Assembly (NCBI GenBank): GCA_030616145.1
Contig: JAUWXU010000001.1
Coordinates: forward strand, 1-25,305
From: Candidatus Omnitrophota bacterium
GTDB taxonomy: Bacteria > Omnitrophota > JAUWXU01
Direction of reading: 5' to 3'
Length of the DNA: 25,305 nt
The translations under genes were made by a program, and so were the position numbers. A model generated the notes under the pieces. The model saw only the letters and a list, made by a program, of their open reading frames with translations, ran no database searches and was not told where the DNA came from. Below are positions 6,237 to 14,508 of this stretch, in pieces. Positions within the stretch are counted from its first letter, which is position 1. The number at the start of each line of letters is the position of its first letter.

Positions 6237-7211
6237 ATGCGAAATTTTACGATTATTTTAGCCCTTTCTTTTTTACAATTTGTTTATGTTCAGGAAGTTA
6301 CGGCATTCTGGATCTGGACCCCGGATAGCGGAAAGTGGAGCAATCCGAAATATATGGCCAAAGATACTCCTGAAAGGAGCTTTGAGTATGCCAAAACCTT
6401 TTATGATTCAAAGGATTATGATGAAGCGATAAAGGGATTTGAGGTATTAATCAGCAGTTTTCCTCTTTCCGATTTGGCCAGTGAGGCCCAGTATTATATC
6501 GGCCGGTCCTATGAAGCAATGCAGAAATATTATTACGCCTATCTGGCCTACCAGAAGGTCATTGATGAGTACCCAGGTTCTGAAAGGATAACTGAAGTAA
6601 TTGCCAAGGAATATGAAATAGCTGATTTCTTTTACAATCGGGAAAAGGCAAAGATCCTCGGTAAATCGATAGGTATGTTTTCATCAAAGGAGAAGGCCCT
6701 GGAGATCTTTCAGAAGATAGTTAGCGACGCCCCGTATGGAGAATATGGGCCGCTTGCCCAATATAAGATTGGTATTTATTACAGGGACACGGCTAGATAT
6801 AAAGAGGCAATAGATGAATTTAACAAACTAATAGACAATTATCCTCAAAGCAAGTTGATTGTTGAGGCGCGATATGAAATAGCCATTTGTTTATTTGAAA
6901 TAGCTGCGCAGCGCGATTATAAACAGGCAGATATTGATAAGGCCATTAGAGAATTTCAGGATTTTCTTACAGATTATTCTGAAGATAAGCTGGCTGCTGA
7001 AGCTGTAAACAAATTGACTGAACTGAAGCAAAAAAAAGCTGAAGGAATTTTTTCAATTGCGCAGTTTTATGAAAAACAGGGTGATCTGGACAGCGCTTTA
7101 ATATATTACAAAGAAATCAGGGATTCTTTAGGAGATACCCCCTGGGTTATTAAGGCCGTAGAAAGGATTTTAGTTATTAATAAGGGGCGGGTAAATGCGA
7201 ATGATTCATAG
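6237..7211 (+). CDS. bamD: Outer membrane protein assembly factor BamD-like TPR protein
   Basis: Signal peptide and serial TPRs with BamD-type motifs (FPLSDLASEAQYYIG, YPQSKLIVEARYEIA, A...FQDFL.DY, AQFYEK.G...SALIYYKEI). It is adjacent to lptE. Confidence 0.8.
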   Translation: MRNFTIILALSFLQFVYVQEVTAFWIWTPDSGKWSNPKYMAKDTPERSFEYAKTFYDSKDYDEAIKGFEVLISSFPLSDLASEAQYYIGRSYEAMQKYYYAYLAYQKVIDEYPGSERITEVIAKEYEIADFFYNREKAKILGKSIGMFSSKEKALEIFQKIVSDAPYGEYGPLAQYKIGIYYRDTARYKEAIDEFNKLIDNYPQSKLIVEARYEIAICLFEIAAQRDYKQADIDKAIREFQDFLTDYSEDKLAAEAVNKLTELKQKKAEGIFSIAQFYEKQGDLDSALIYYKEIRDSLGDTPWVIKAVERILVINKGRVNANDS

Positions 7212-7728
7212 AGTTAAAGTCAATCTTCTTTTATTTTGTATTTTGCAAATTGCACTTTACAATATTACCGGGTGCGGATATACTGCAGGGTCTTTGCTTC
7301 CTGAACGGATTAAGACGATCGCAATCCCTATCTTCAAGAATTCTATCTCTCCGGATTCTCTGGCCTATGAATATCATCCCGGCCTAGAGGCAGACATAAC
7401 CAGGCAAACAATCGATCGATTTCTCTTTGATGGAACGCTAAAGGTTATCGAAGACAAGGATGCCGACCTGGTTTTGCGTGCAGAGTTGATTGATTATATT
7501 AAGGATCCCCTGAGATATGCCCATGACTCAAAGACTGTGACTGAGTACAGGCTTAGCGTGGTAGTAAATGTCAGCTGTTATGATACCGCAGAAGGTGATT
7601 TTATGTGGAAGCAAAAGATTATCGGTAAGTGGAACTATTTTACTAGCGCCGAGGAACAGGCCGCCTTGGAACTAGCCATTGATGATTTAGCAAAAAATAT
7701 TGTTGACAGAACGATTAAGGACTGGTAA
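7195..7728 (+). CDS. lptE: LptE-family lipoprotein (LPS assembly)
   Basis: Lipobox ITGC followed by GY, LLPERIKTIAIPIFKN, ADLVLRAEL, EYRLSVVVNV and a C-terminal helix. It lies upstream of holA, as in the leuS-lptE-holA arrangement. ATG 7201 is an alternative start. Confidence 0.85.
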   Translation: MRMIHRVKVNLLLFCILQIALYNITGCGYTAGSLLPERIKTIAIPIFKNSISPDSLAYEYHPGLEADITRQTIDRFLFDGTLKVIEDKDADLVLRAELIDYIKDPLRYAHDSKTVTEYRLSVVVNVSCYDTAEGDFMWKQKIIGKWNYFTSAEEQAALELAIDDLAKNIVDRTIKDW

Positions 7729-7738
7729 GAGTTAATCG

Positions 7739-7818
7739 CGGATTAGCACCGATTCAGATCCTAGATGGTAGAGGAGATGACGGAGTCCATTATTTATAAA
7801 ACAATCCGTGCTAATCCG
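7739..7818. repeat. 16-bp inverted repeat (15/16) built from 10-nt units, enclosing a 48-bp core
   Basis: cggattagcaccgatt (7739-7754) versus aatccgtgctaatccg (7803-7818). Confidence 0.85.
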
Positions 7819-7856
7819 TGAAAAAAGAGAATTAAAATTCGGCGAGGTAGTGTAAA

Positions 7857-8816
7857 ATGAAAAATATGCCGGTATATTTATTTGAAGGGAAAGAAGAATT
7901 TTTAAAAGAAGAGGCCCTGAGGAAATTCGAACGGGAATTTCTTAAAAATAACCCCACCGAACTTAACAGAACTCTGTTTTACGGAGATGATCTGGATATT
8001 TCCACCCTGGCCAGCGAACTTGAAGTTTTTCCAATGTTGTTTTCAAAAAGATTAATTATTATCAGACTCGCCGAGATGCTTTCTTTGTCTGTCCAGGAAT
8101 TTCTCGTTTCTTATATCAATAAGCCTTCTCCCACGACCTGCCTGGTTCTGGAAGCAGAAACCCTGAATAAGCAGAAAAAATTATATAAGGCCATATCGAA
8201 ATCTGGCAGGATAATCGTCTTTAAGAGATATTATGACAACCAGGTAAATAAATGGATTTCCCAAAGGGTAGGGTTTTATGACAAGAAGATTTTACCGGAG
8301 GCAACGGAGCTGTTGAAGGAAAATGTGGGAAACAATCTTAGATTGTTAGACGAAGCAATAAAAAAGACGGTCTTATATGTAGGAGAGAAAAAGGTTATCG
8401 GCATTGAGGATGTTGAGGAAATGGTCGGGGTAAGCCATATCGGTACAGTCTTTGATTTAATCAGCGCTATCCGGCGAAGACAGATAAATGATAGTTTAAA
8501 AATATTGCAGGAGTTAATCAAAGAAGGCAAGGAGACCTGCCATGGTATTATAGCCTTACTTTTCTGGCAATTAAAAAGGATGAGCAAGGCCAAAAAATTA
8601 TTAGGGCAAAGACTCTCTCCTAAAGAGATAGGCGGACAGTTAAATATTCATAACTTTTTTATTGAGCAATTCATAAATGAAGTGAAGGACTTTTCCCCGG
8701 AGAAATTCAAAAACAGTTTCGAATTTTTATTAGCAGCCGATACCGAAATAAAAACAGGGATCCGCCGTCCCGAGATAACTTTGGAATTGCTGATAGTTAG
8801 ACTATGCAGTCTTTAG
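7857..8816 (+). CDS. holA: DNA polymerase III subunit delta
   Basis: VYLFEGKEEFL, LELEVFPML.SKRLIIIR, VFDLISAI and C-terminal LLAADTEIKTG...ELLIVRL. It is convergent with rpsT, the usual holA-rpsT arrangement. Confidence 0.93.
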   Translation: MKNMPVYLFEGKEEFLKEEALRKFEREFLKNNPTELNRTLFYGDDLDISTLASELEVFPMLFSKRLIIIRLAEMLSLSVQEFLVSYINKPSPTTCLVLEAETLNKQKKLYKAISKSGRIIVFKRYYDNQVNKWISQRVGFYDKKILPEATELLKENVGNNLRLLDEAIKKTVLYVGEKKVIGIEDVEEMVGVSHIGTVFDLISAIRRRQINDSLKILQELIKEGKETCHGIIALLFWQLKRMSKAKKLLGQRLSPKEIGGQLNIHNFFIEQFINEVKDFSPEKFKNSFEFLLAADTEIKTGIRRPEITLELLIVRLCSL

Positions 8817-9071
8817 CTTGTTTAATTTCTTAGTCAGGCGGGATTTTTTGCGGGAAGCCCTTTTTTTGTGGATTGCGCCTTTGGATGCTGCTATATCCAG
8901 TTTTACCATAGCCTGTTGAATTAATTCTTTTGCCTGGTCGGCCTTATTTGATGAAATAAGGCCGTCAAGTTTTTTAAGGACAGTTTTTAGTTCGGATTGA
9001 ATAGCCAGATTTCTGGCATGTTTTTTTTGGGAGGTTCTTATCCGCTTAACTGCTGATTTGTGTACAGGCAT
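8802..9071 (-). CDS. rpsT: 30S ribosomal protein S20
   Basis: MPVHKSAVKRIR...N....SELKT..KK...A.SKGAIHKKRASRKKSRL. An AAGGAG RBS lies 8 nt upstream of ATG 9071. It overlaps the holA 3' end by 15 bp. Confidence 0.97.
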   Translation of the reverse strand: MPVHKSAVKRIRTSQKKHARNLAIQSELKTVLKKLDGLISSNKADQAKELIQQAMVKLDIAASKGAIHKKRASRKKSRLTKKLNKLKTA

Positions 9072-9102
9072 CAAGTATGCTCCTTTTTAAAAACTTGGAA
9101 AG

Positions 9103-9131
9103 ATAATAACACAGAATTAATTATCTGTCAA
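9103..9131 (-). promoter_or_regulatory. Sigma70-type promoter for rpsT
   Basis: On the minus strand: TTGACA (complement of 9126-9131), a 17-bp spacer, TATTAT (complement of 9103-9108). Confidence 0.75.
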
Positions 9132-9226
9132 GACGCCAATTGTTACGGTCAGCGGGTAATTGGTTAGCCGGTTAAGATTTAAAGATTTATTTTTATTGTT
9201 TGGTCTGTGGTCTGTAGTCTTTTGAT

Positions 9227-10789
9227 ATGTCGGAAGAAAGAGCATTAGCAAAGTCATTTGGAATAATAAGTTCATCAACCTTCCTCAGCCGTATCCTGGG
9301 GCTTTCCCGGGATATCTTCAGCGCCAGTCTATTCGGGGCCAGCTTGGTATGGGATGCCTTTTTAATTGCCTTTATGATCCCCAATTTACTCCGGCGCCTG
9401 TTAGGAGAAGGGGCGTTGACCAGTTCTTTCGTCCCTGTTTTTACTGAATATCTAGAGAAGAAATCAAAAAAAGAGGCCTGGCAGCTGGTCTCTGTCGTAT
9501 TCAGCGTTTTACTGGTTGTTTTAGCTCTGATAGTATTGTTGGGGATATGGATAATTAGCCTGCTTCTGAATAATTTTTCCTTCTCCATCAAGATTGCCTT
9601 AATCTTGCATCTTACCAGAATAATGCTGCCTTACATATTCTTTATTTCGCTCGTTGCCCTTTCAATGGGGATATTGAACTCTTTCAAGCACTTTGCCATT
9701 CCTTCTCTATCTCCGATAATCCTGAATATATGCTGGATTGTTGCCCTATTTTTTATCTGTCCCCGATTTGGCCAGGAGCTGGACCAGAGGATATTCGGTC
9801 TGGCCTTGGGTATTCTGCTTGGAGGAATGGTTCAATTGCTGGTTCAAATCCCGATATTGGTCAAAAAGGGTTTCAATCGTTCTAACATAAGGTTTAATCT
9901 TGACCTGAACCACCCCGGCCTAAGACGGATTGGCCGTCTGATGGCCCCGGCGGTTTTAGGTTTGGCTGTTGTCCAGATAAATATATTCGTTGATATTATC
10001 TTGGGATTAATATTGGGCAATGGCGCGGTATCGGCGCTTTATTATGGCAATCGGTTAATGCAGTTTCCGCTAGGTGTTTTTGCCATAGCCATGGGCACAG
10101 TGGTTTTACCGACGATGTCCTCCCATGTAGCGCGAAATAATATACCCCGGTTAAAACAGACGCTTTCGATGGCCCTACGGATGGTCTTTTTTATTACCAT
10201 TCCGGCGGCTATTGGATTAATGGTTCTTCGTTTTCCAATTATCAGGGTCCTGTTTCAGCGTGGCCAGTTTAGCAGTTTATCTACTAATAAGGCAGCTACC
10301 ACCCTGCTTTTTTATTCAATAGGCCTATTTTCTTATGCCGGTGTGAGAATCATTGTCCCTTGTTTTTATTCGCTCCAGGATACTATTACACCCGTTAAGA
10401 TCGGCGCCATAGCCTTAGTGAGTAACATTGTCCTTAATCTGATCTTGATGTGGCCGCTGAGGGAAGGAGGACTTGCCCTGGCCACGGCAATTTCCAGTAT
10501 GATTAATTTTTGTATTCTCTTTTTGATTTTGAGAAAGAGGATTGGCAATTTAGACGGCAAAAGGATTATTTCTTCATTCAGCCGCATACTTTTATCGGCA
10601 TCTCTGATGGGCCTGTTTTGCTGGTCAATCTCCGGAGCAGTATTATCTTATCCGGCAAGCCTATTGCATCAGGTATTGAATATCTTTATTCTGATATTAG
10701 GCGGGGTATTTATGTTTTTTGCTGTCTCTTTTATCTTGCGGGTTGAGGAACTCAAGGTGGTATCCAGATGGATATTGGGAAGAAAATAA
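9227..10789 (+). CDS. murJ: Lipid II flippase MurJ (MviN)
   Basis: SRILGLSRD, DAFLIAFMIPNLLRRLLGEGA..SSFVPVF, RLMQFPLG and GLALATAIS. About 14 TM helices. Confidence 0.97.
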   Translation: MSEERALAKSFGIISSSTFLSRILGLSRDIFSASLFGASLVWDAFLIAFMIPNLLRRLLGEGALTSSFVPVFTEYLEKKSKKEAWQLVSVVFSVLLVVLALIVLLGIWIISLLLNNFSFSIKIALILHLTRIMLPYIFFISLVALSMGILNSFKHFAIPSLSPIILNICWIVALFFICPRFGQELDQRIFGLALGILLGGMVQLLVQIPILVKKGFNRSNIRFNLDLNHPGLRRIGRLMAPAVLGLAVVQINIFVDIILGLILGNGAVSALYYGNRLMQFPLGVFAIAMGTVVLPTMSSHVARNNIPRLKQTLSMALRMVFFITIPAAIGLMVLRFPIIRVLFQRGQFSSLSTNKAATTLLFYSIGLFSYAGVRIIVPCFYSLQDTITPVKIGAIALVSNIVLNLILMWPLREGGLALATAISSMINFCILFLILRKRIGNLDGKRIISSFSRILLSASLMGLFCWSISGAVLSYPASLLHQVLNIFILILGGVFMFFAVSFILRVEELKVVSRWILGRK

Positions 10790-12177
10790 GCATTTTACCA
10801 AACAAGCCTGGTGTCTATTTGATGAAGGATAGACTCTCCAGGATTATTTATGTCGGCAAGGCCTCGAAATTGAAGGCCAGGGTTGCAGCTTACTTTCGTT
10901 CGGGTAAAAAATTTTCCTTTCAAAAACAGACCCTGATAGATTCCATAACGGACTTGGACTATATAGTTACCGGCACCGAAGTTGATGCCCTATTATTAGA
11001 GGCCAACCTGATTAAACAGCATCAGCCGAAATACAATGTTAGTTTGAAAGATGACAAGTCCTACCCCCACCTGAAATTGACTAGTAATGAGGACTTTCCG
11101 CGTCTGTTCATTACCCGCAAAAAGAAAGAGGATGGTGCTACATATTACGGTCCTTATACTGATGTCAAGCTCCTCAGAGAGGCCCTAGCCCTGATGAGAA
11201 AGATTTTTCCGTTAAGGAAGTGCAGGTCTTTTCCCAAAAAACCGTGCCTTGATTATCATCTTGGACAATGTCTGGCCCCCTGTATTGGCAGGGTGAACGT
11301 TGCTTTTTACAATCAGATAGTGAAGGAACTTATCTTATTTTTAGAAGGAAAGAGTCAGAGATTGATTGATGAACTGGCCTCAAGAATGAACGATGCTTCG
11401 GGTAAGAGGGATTTTGAAGAAGCAGCCAGGATTAGAGACAGGATCGAGGCTTTATTGAGGATAGTAAGGAAAAGTCCAACCTCTGCATCGGGCAGTTATT
11501 TGGAAGAATTAAAGGTCGTTTTGGGACTGTCTATCCTGCCCCGTCGGATTTTTGCCTATGATATCTCTGATATCCAGGGGGCCCTGGCCTGCGGGGTAAA
11601 AGTTAGCTTTTGGATGGGGAAGCTGGATAAATCTGGTTACCGGAGGTTCAGAATAAAGGGGGCCGACAAGATAGACGATTACAAAATGATGAAGGAGACT
11701 ATCAGCCGTAGTTTCAAAGAGTTACTTAAAAGAAAGGAACCCCTGCCGGATTTGCTAATAATTGACGGCGGCAAGGGACATGTTCGGGCGGTGCAGGAAG
11801 AAATGGATTCTTTGGGGTTGGGTAATATTCCAGTTGTCGGAATAGCCAAAAAATTTGAACAAATATTCTTTCCTCTAAAAAACGATCCTCTCATTTTACC
11901 ACCTGATTCTAGGTCGCTGAAATTAATTCAGAGAATCAGAGATGAGGCCCACCGTTTTGCCTTGCAATACCATCTTACCCTGCGCAGGAAAGGCGTTAGC
12001 AAATCAGCACTTGATCAGATAAAAGGGGTTGGGCCTTTGCGTAAGAGAGAATTAATAAACTATTTCGGTTCGGTAGATAAAATCAAACGTGCCCGGATAC
12101 AGGGCCTTCTCAGGGTGGATAAGATTGACAGAAAAACCGCTGAGAGTATAGTGGAGTACTTCAGGAAACATAGATAA
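10768..12177 (+). CDS. uvrC: Excinuclease ABC subunit C (compact 469-aa form)
   Basis: GIY-YIG domain (PGVYLMKD...IIYVGKA), Cys cluster (CRSFPKKPCLDYHLGQCLAPC), UVR helix, RNase H-like motifs DIS, DDY, IDGGKG, RIRDEAHRFA and a C-terminal HhH pair. Confidence 0.95.
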   Translation: MDIGKKISILPNKPGVYLMKDRLSRIIYVGKASKLKARVAAYFRSGKKFSFQKQTLIDSITDLDYIVTGTEVDALLLEANLIKQHQPKYNVSLKDDKSYPHLKLTSNEDFPRLFITRKKKEDGATYYGPYTDVKLLREALALMRKIFPLRKCRSFPKKPCLDYHLGQCLAPCIGRVNVAFYNQIVKELILFLEGKSQRLIDELASRMNDASGKRDFEEAARIRDRIEALLRIVRKSPTSASGSYLEELKVVLGLSILPRRIFAYDISDIQGALACGVKVSFWMGKLDKSGYRRFRIKGADKIDDYKMMKETISRSFKELLKRKEPLPDLLIIDGGKGHVRAVQEEMDSLGLGNIPVVGIAKKFEQIFFPLKNDPLILPPDSRSLKLIQRIRDEAHRFALQYHLTLRRKGVSKSALDQIKGVGPLRKRELINYFGSVDKIKRARIQGLLRVDKIDRKTAESIVEYFRKHR

Positions 12178-12265
12178 AAGATGTTTAAATTACAATACCA
12201 AATGACCAAAATTACCCCGTAGCAGAAGGGGTGTTTAATTCAAACCTTCAATTGCCAATGTATGA

Positions 12266-12391
12266 CAGTCTAAAGGAAAAAGAAATAACCCTTATCGCCT
12301 CTACTCCAAACAAGATCTTTCCTGTTACTTGCTGAATGTCAAAGTTGGGAAGATGGAATCTAAAGAAAAATTTAGGTCTGCTGAAAGGTAA
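12266..12391 (+). pseudogene. Possible decayed MerR-type helix-turn-helix gene fragment
   Basis: A startless reading frame gives QSKGKRNNPYRLYSKQDLSCYLL, which resembles the R..NNYRLYS.EDL wing of MerR-type HTH proteins. It has upstream in-frame stops. Confidence 0.3.
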
Positions 12392-12459
12392 TTGGTATTA
12401 TATCTCTGAAACACAAAGTAACGGCTAGATTGCGAAAAAGAAGAAAACATTAAGTAAAA

Positions 12460-14439
12460 ATGACCAAATCTCAAAAGACTAATATTGCTGCGATCATCTT
12501 AATCGCTCTTTTAGGTCTTGCTGTATATGCTAACTCTTTAGGCAATGGTTTTGTTTATGATGATGAGTTTGTAATAGAGAATAAACCCTTTTTAAGCTCC
12601 TGGAGTAACCTGCGTTATTTTTTTAGTCCCCGTTACTTTGCTGACTCTGGTGAAACTACCCACCGTCCTTTGGTTACCTTAACCTATTTTCTTGATTATA
12701 GCTTAGGAGGCCCTAACCCCTTTGCCTATCATCTGAATAATATTATCTTCCATATATTAAGTGGTATCTTATGTTACTGTTTTCTTCTTTATCTTATCCC
12801 GGCATTAGATAAAAAACTTCCCCCCAAAAGCTTGGCCCTTTTAGCTACGCTTTTATTCATTTGCCATCCCATCCAGACAGAGGCAGTCGATGGTATTGCC
12901 TTTCGGGAGGATATATTAGCTGCCCTTTTCTGTTTTGCCTCGCTTTTTTTCTATTTAAAGACCAAACTCATTTCAGGGAGAAAGAAACTTCCTTTCTACA
13001 TTCTTTCAGTCCTTTGTTATTTCTTTGCCCTTTTGAGTAAAGAATCAGCCCTTCCTTTAATCCTGATTATCTTGCTGATCGACCTATGTTATCAAAAGGA
13101 TACCCAGAGGATAAGGGACCCAGCTTATCCCTTTTTCATCAAATTTGTCCATTATTTCGGTTATATAGGAATAATCTGTCTTTACCTGTTTATTCGCTTC
13201 ATTTGGATGGTTTATCCTCTAGCACCCTTGGGTGCCGGTAAGGGAGTGGGTTATCTTGGTGGCAGCCTTTATACCGCCCTTCTTACTACCAGCCGCATCT
13301 TTGTATCCTATTTAGGCCTATTCCTTTTCCCCTTAAGACTCACTGTTGACCATTTTTCTAAATATATTCTTGACCCTTCTTATTCTTTTTTAGAACCCAG
13401 GGTCTTATTTAGCCTGCTCATCTTAGGTTTAATATTTGTCTTTATTATCCGTAGTTTTCGTTATCAGAAGATTCTTGCTTTTTCTGGGCTGTGGATTTTC
13501 ATATTCCTTCTGCCAGTCAGTAATATTTTACCTCTGAATCAGGCTATGGCTGAGCGCTACCTTTACCTTCCCTCTATAGGATTTTGTCTTTTTTTAGCTT
13601 TAGTGTTGGTTAGATTCTTTTATCTTAGCCCTAACAGATTTATGAGAAATACAGCCATTGTATCAATCATCCTCATTCTATTTCTTTATTCTCTTCGCAC
13701 CATAACCCGTAACCGTGATTGGAAGGATTCCTTTGTCCTTTGGTCAAATACAATTGAAACCTCTCCGAATAGCTGGAAGGCCCATAATAATCTTGGTATT
13801 GCATACGCCGCTATCGGCAAGACCGGGGAAGCAATAGCCTTATATAACAGAGCTATAGAGATCAATCCAGAAGAGGTTACAGGGGTGGTTACAGAGGTAT
13901 ATAGTAATCTTGGTGCTGCATACGCCGCTATCGGCAAGCATGACCAAGCAATAGCCTCATATAACAGAGCAATAGAAATCAATCCAGACTATGCGGAAGC
14001 ATATTATAACCTTGGTAACACATACAACACTATCGGCAAGACTGAACAAGCAATAGCCTCATATAACAGAGCAATAGAGATTGATTCAAGGTTTGCAGAA
14101 GCATATTATAACCTTGGTACTACATACACCGCTGTCGGCAAGACTGAACAAGCAATAGCCTCATATGACAGGGCAATAGAGATCGATCCAGATTATGCAG
14201 AAGCATATTATAACCTTGGTAAGACATACAGTGCTATCAGCAAGGTCGAGGAAGCAATAGCCTCATATAACAGAGCAATAAAGATCGATCCAAACTATGC
14301 AAAGGCCCATATTAATTTAGCGGTTACTTATTATGATGAAAAGCAGTATAGTTTAGCTATTCATCATTGTGATCGAGCAGTTGAGCTTGGTCACAGGGTG
14401 CATCCTGAATTCTTAAAAGCCCTCGAGCCGTTTCGGTAA
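12460..14439 (+). CDS. TMTC-like membrane glycosyltransferase (GT-C fold) with six C-terminal TPRs
   Basis: GFVYDD in the first extracytoplasmic loop, HRPLVTLTY, HPIQTEAVDGIAFREDILAALF, ALLSKESA and AERYLYLPSIG. About 11 TM helices, then 34-aa TPR units. Confidence 0.85.
   Translation: MTKSQKTNIAAIILIALLGLAVYANSLGNGFVYDDEFVIENKPFLSSWSNLRYFFSPRYFADSGETTHRPLVTLTYFLDYSLGGPNPFAYHLNNIIFHILSGILCYCFLLYLIPALDKKLPPKSLALLATLLFICHPIQTEAVDGIAFREDILAALFCFASLFFYLKTKLISGRKKLPFYILSVLCYFFALLSKESALPLILIILLIDLCYQKDTQRIRDPAYPFFIKFVHYFGYIGIICLYLFIRFIWMVYPLAPLGAGKGVGYLGGSLYTALLTTSRIFVSYLGLFLFPLRLTVDHFSKYILDPSYSFLEPRVLFSLLILGLIFVFIIRSFRYQKILAFSGLWIFIFLLPVSNILPLNQAMAERYLYLPSIGFCLFLALVLVRFFYLSPNRFMRNTAIVSIILILFLYSLRTITRNRDWKDSFVLWSNTIETSPNSWKAHNNLGIAYAAIGKTGEAIALYNRAIEINPEEVTGVVTEVYSNLGAAYAAIGKHDQAIASYNRAIEINPDYAEAYYNLGNTYNTIGKTEQAIASYNRAIEIDSRFAEAYYNLGTTYTAVGKTEQAIASYDRAIEIDPDYAEAYYNLGKTYSAISKVEEAIASYNRAIKIDPNYAKAHINLAVTYYDEKQYSLAIHHCDRAVELGHRVHPEFLKALEPFR
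13780..14340 (+). repeat. TPR-coding tandem repeats, 102-bp period
   Basis: The anchor gcaatagcct recurs at 13831, 13948, 14050, 14152 and 14254 (spacings 117, 102, 102, 102). Boundaries are approximate. Confidence 0.9.
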
Positions 14440-14508
14440 AAGAGGTTTAGAGTCCCTTCCGGGCTTTTTGTGTTTACGGATTTTAGCGCATTTACAATGG
14501 AGTATTAA

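Noticed and set aside
12258-12428. Two short in-frame ORFs (25 and 30 aa) separated by a TGA, as possible stop read-through or selenocysteine
   Set aside because: There is no RBS, no recognisable protein motif and no SECIS-like hairpin after the TGA. A different frame gives the more protein-like fragment.
13109-13137. Hairpin plus T-run inside the TPR gene (ggataag/cttatcc)
   Set aside because: It is a 7-bp AT-rich stem in T-rich membrane-protein coding DNA, compatible with chance, and it has no similarity to the other repeat families here.
13780-14340. CRISPR array
   Set aside because: The 102-bp periodic repeats are in-frame TPR coding units with no unique spacers, and there are no cas genes.
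14415-14468. Intrinsic terminator after the TPR gene (aaaagccc ... gggctttt)
   Set aside because: The 8-bp arms are 38 nt apart and the left arm is inside the CDS. The local stem next to the T-run is weak, so the call is not supportable.
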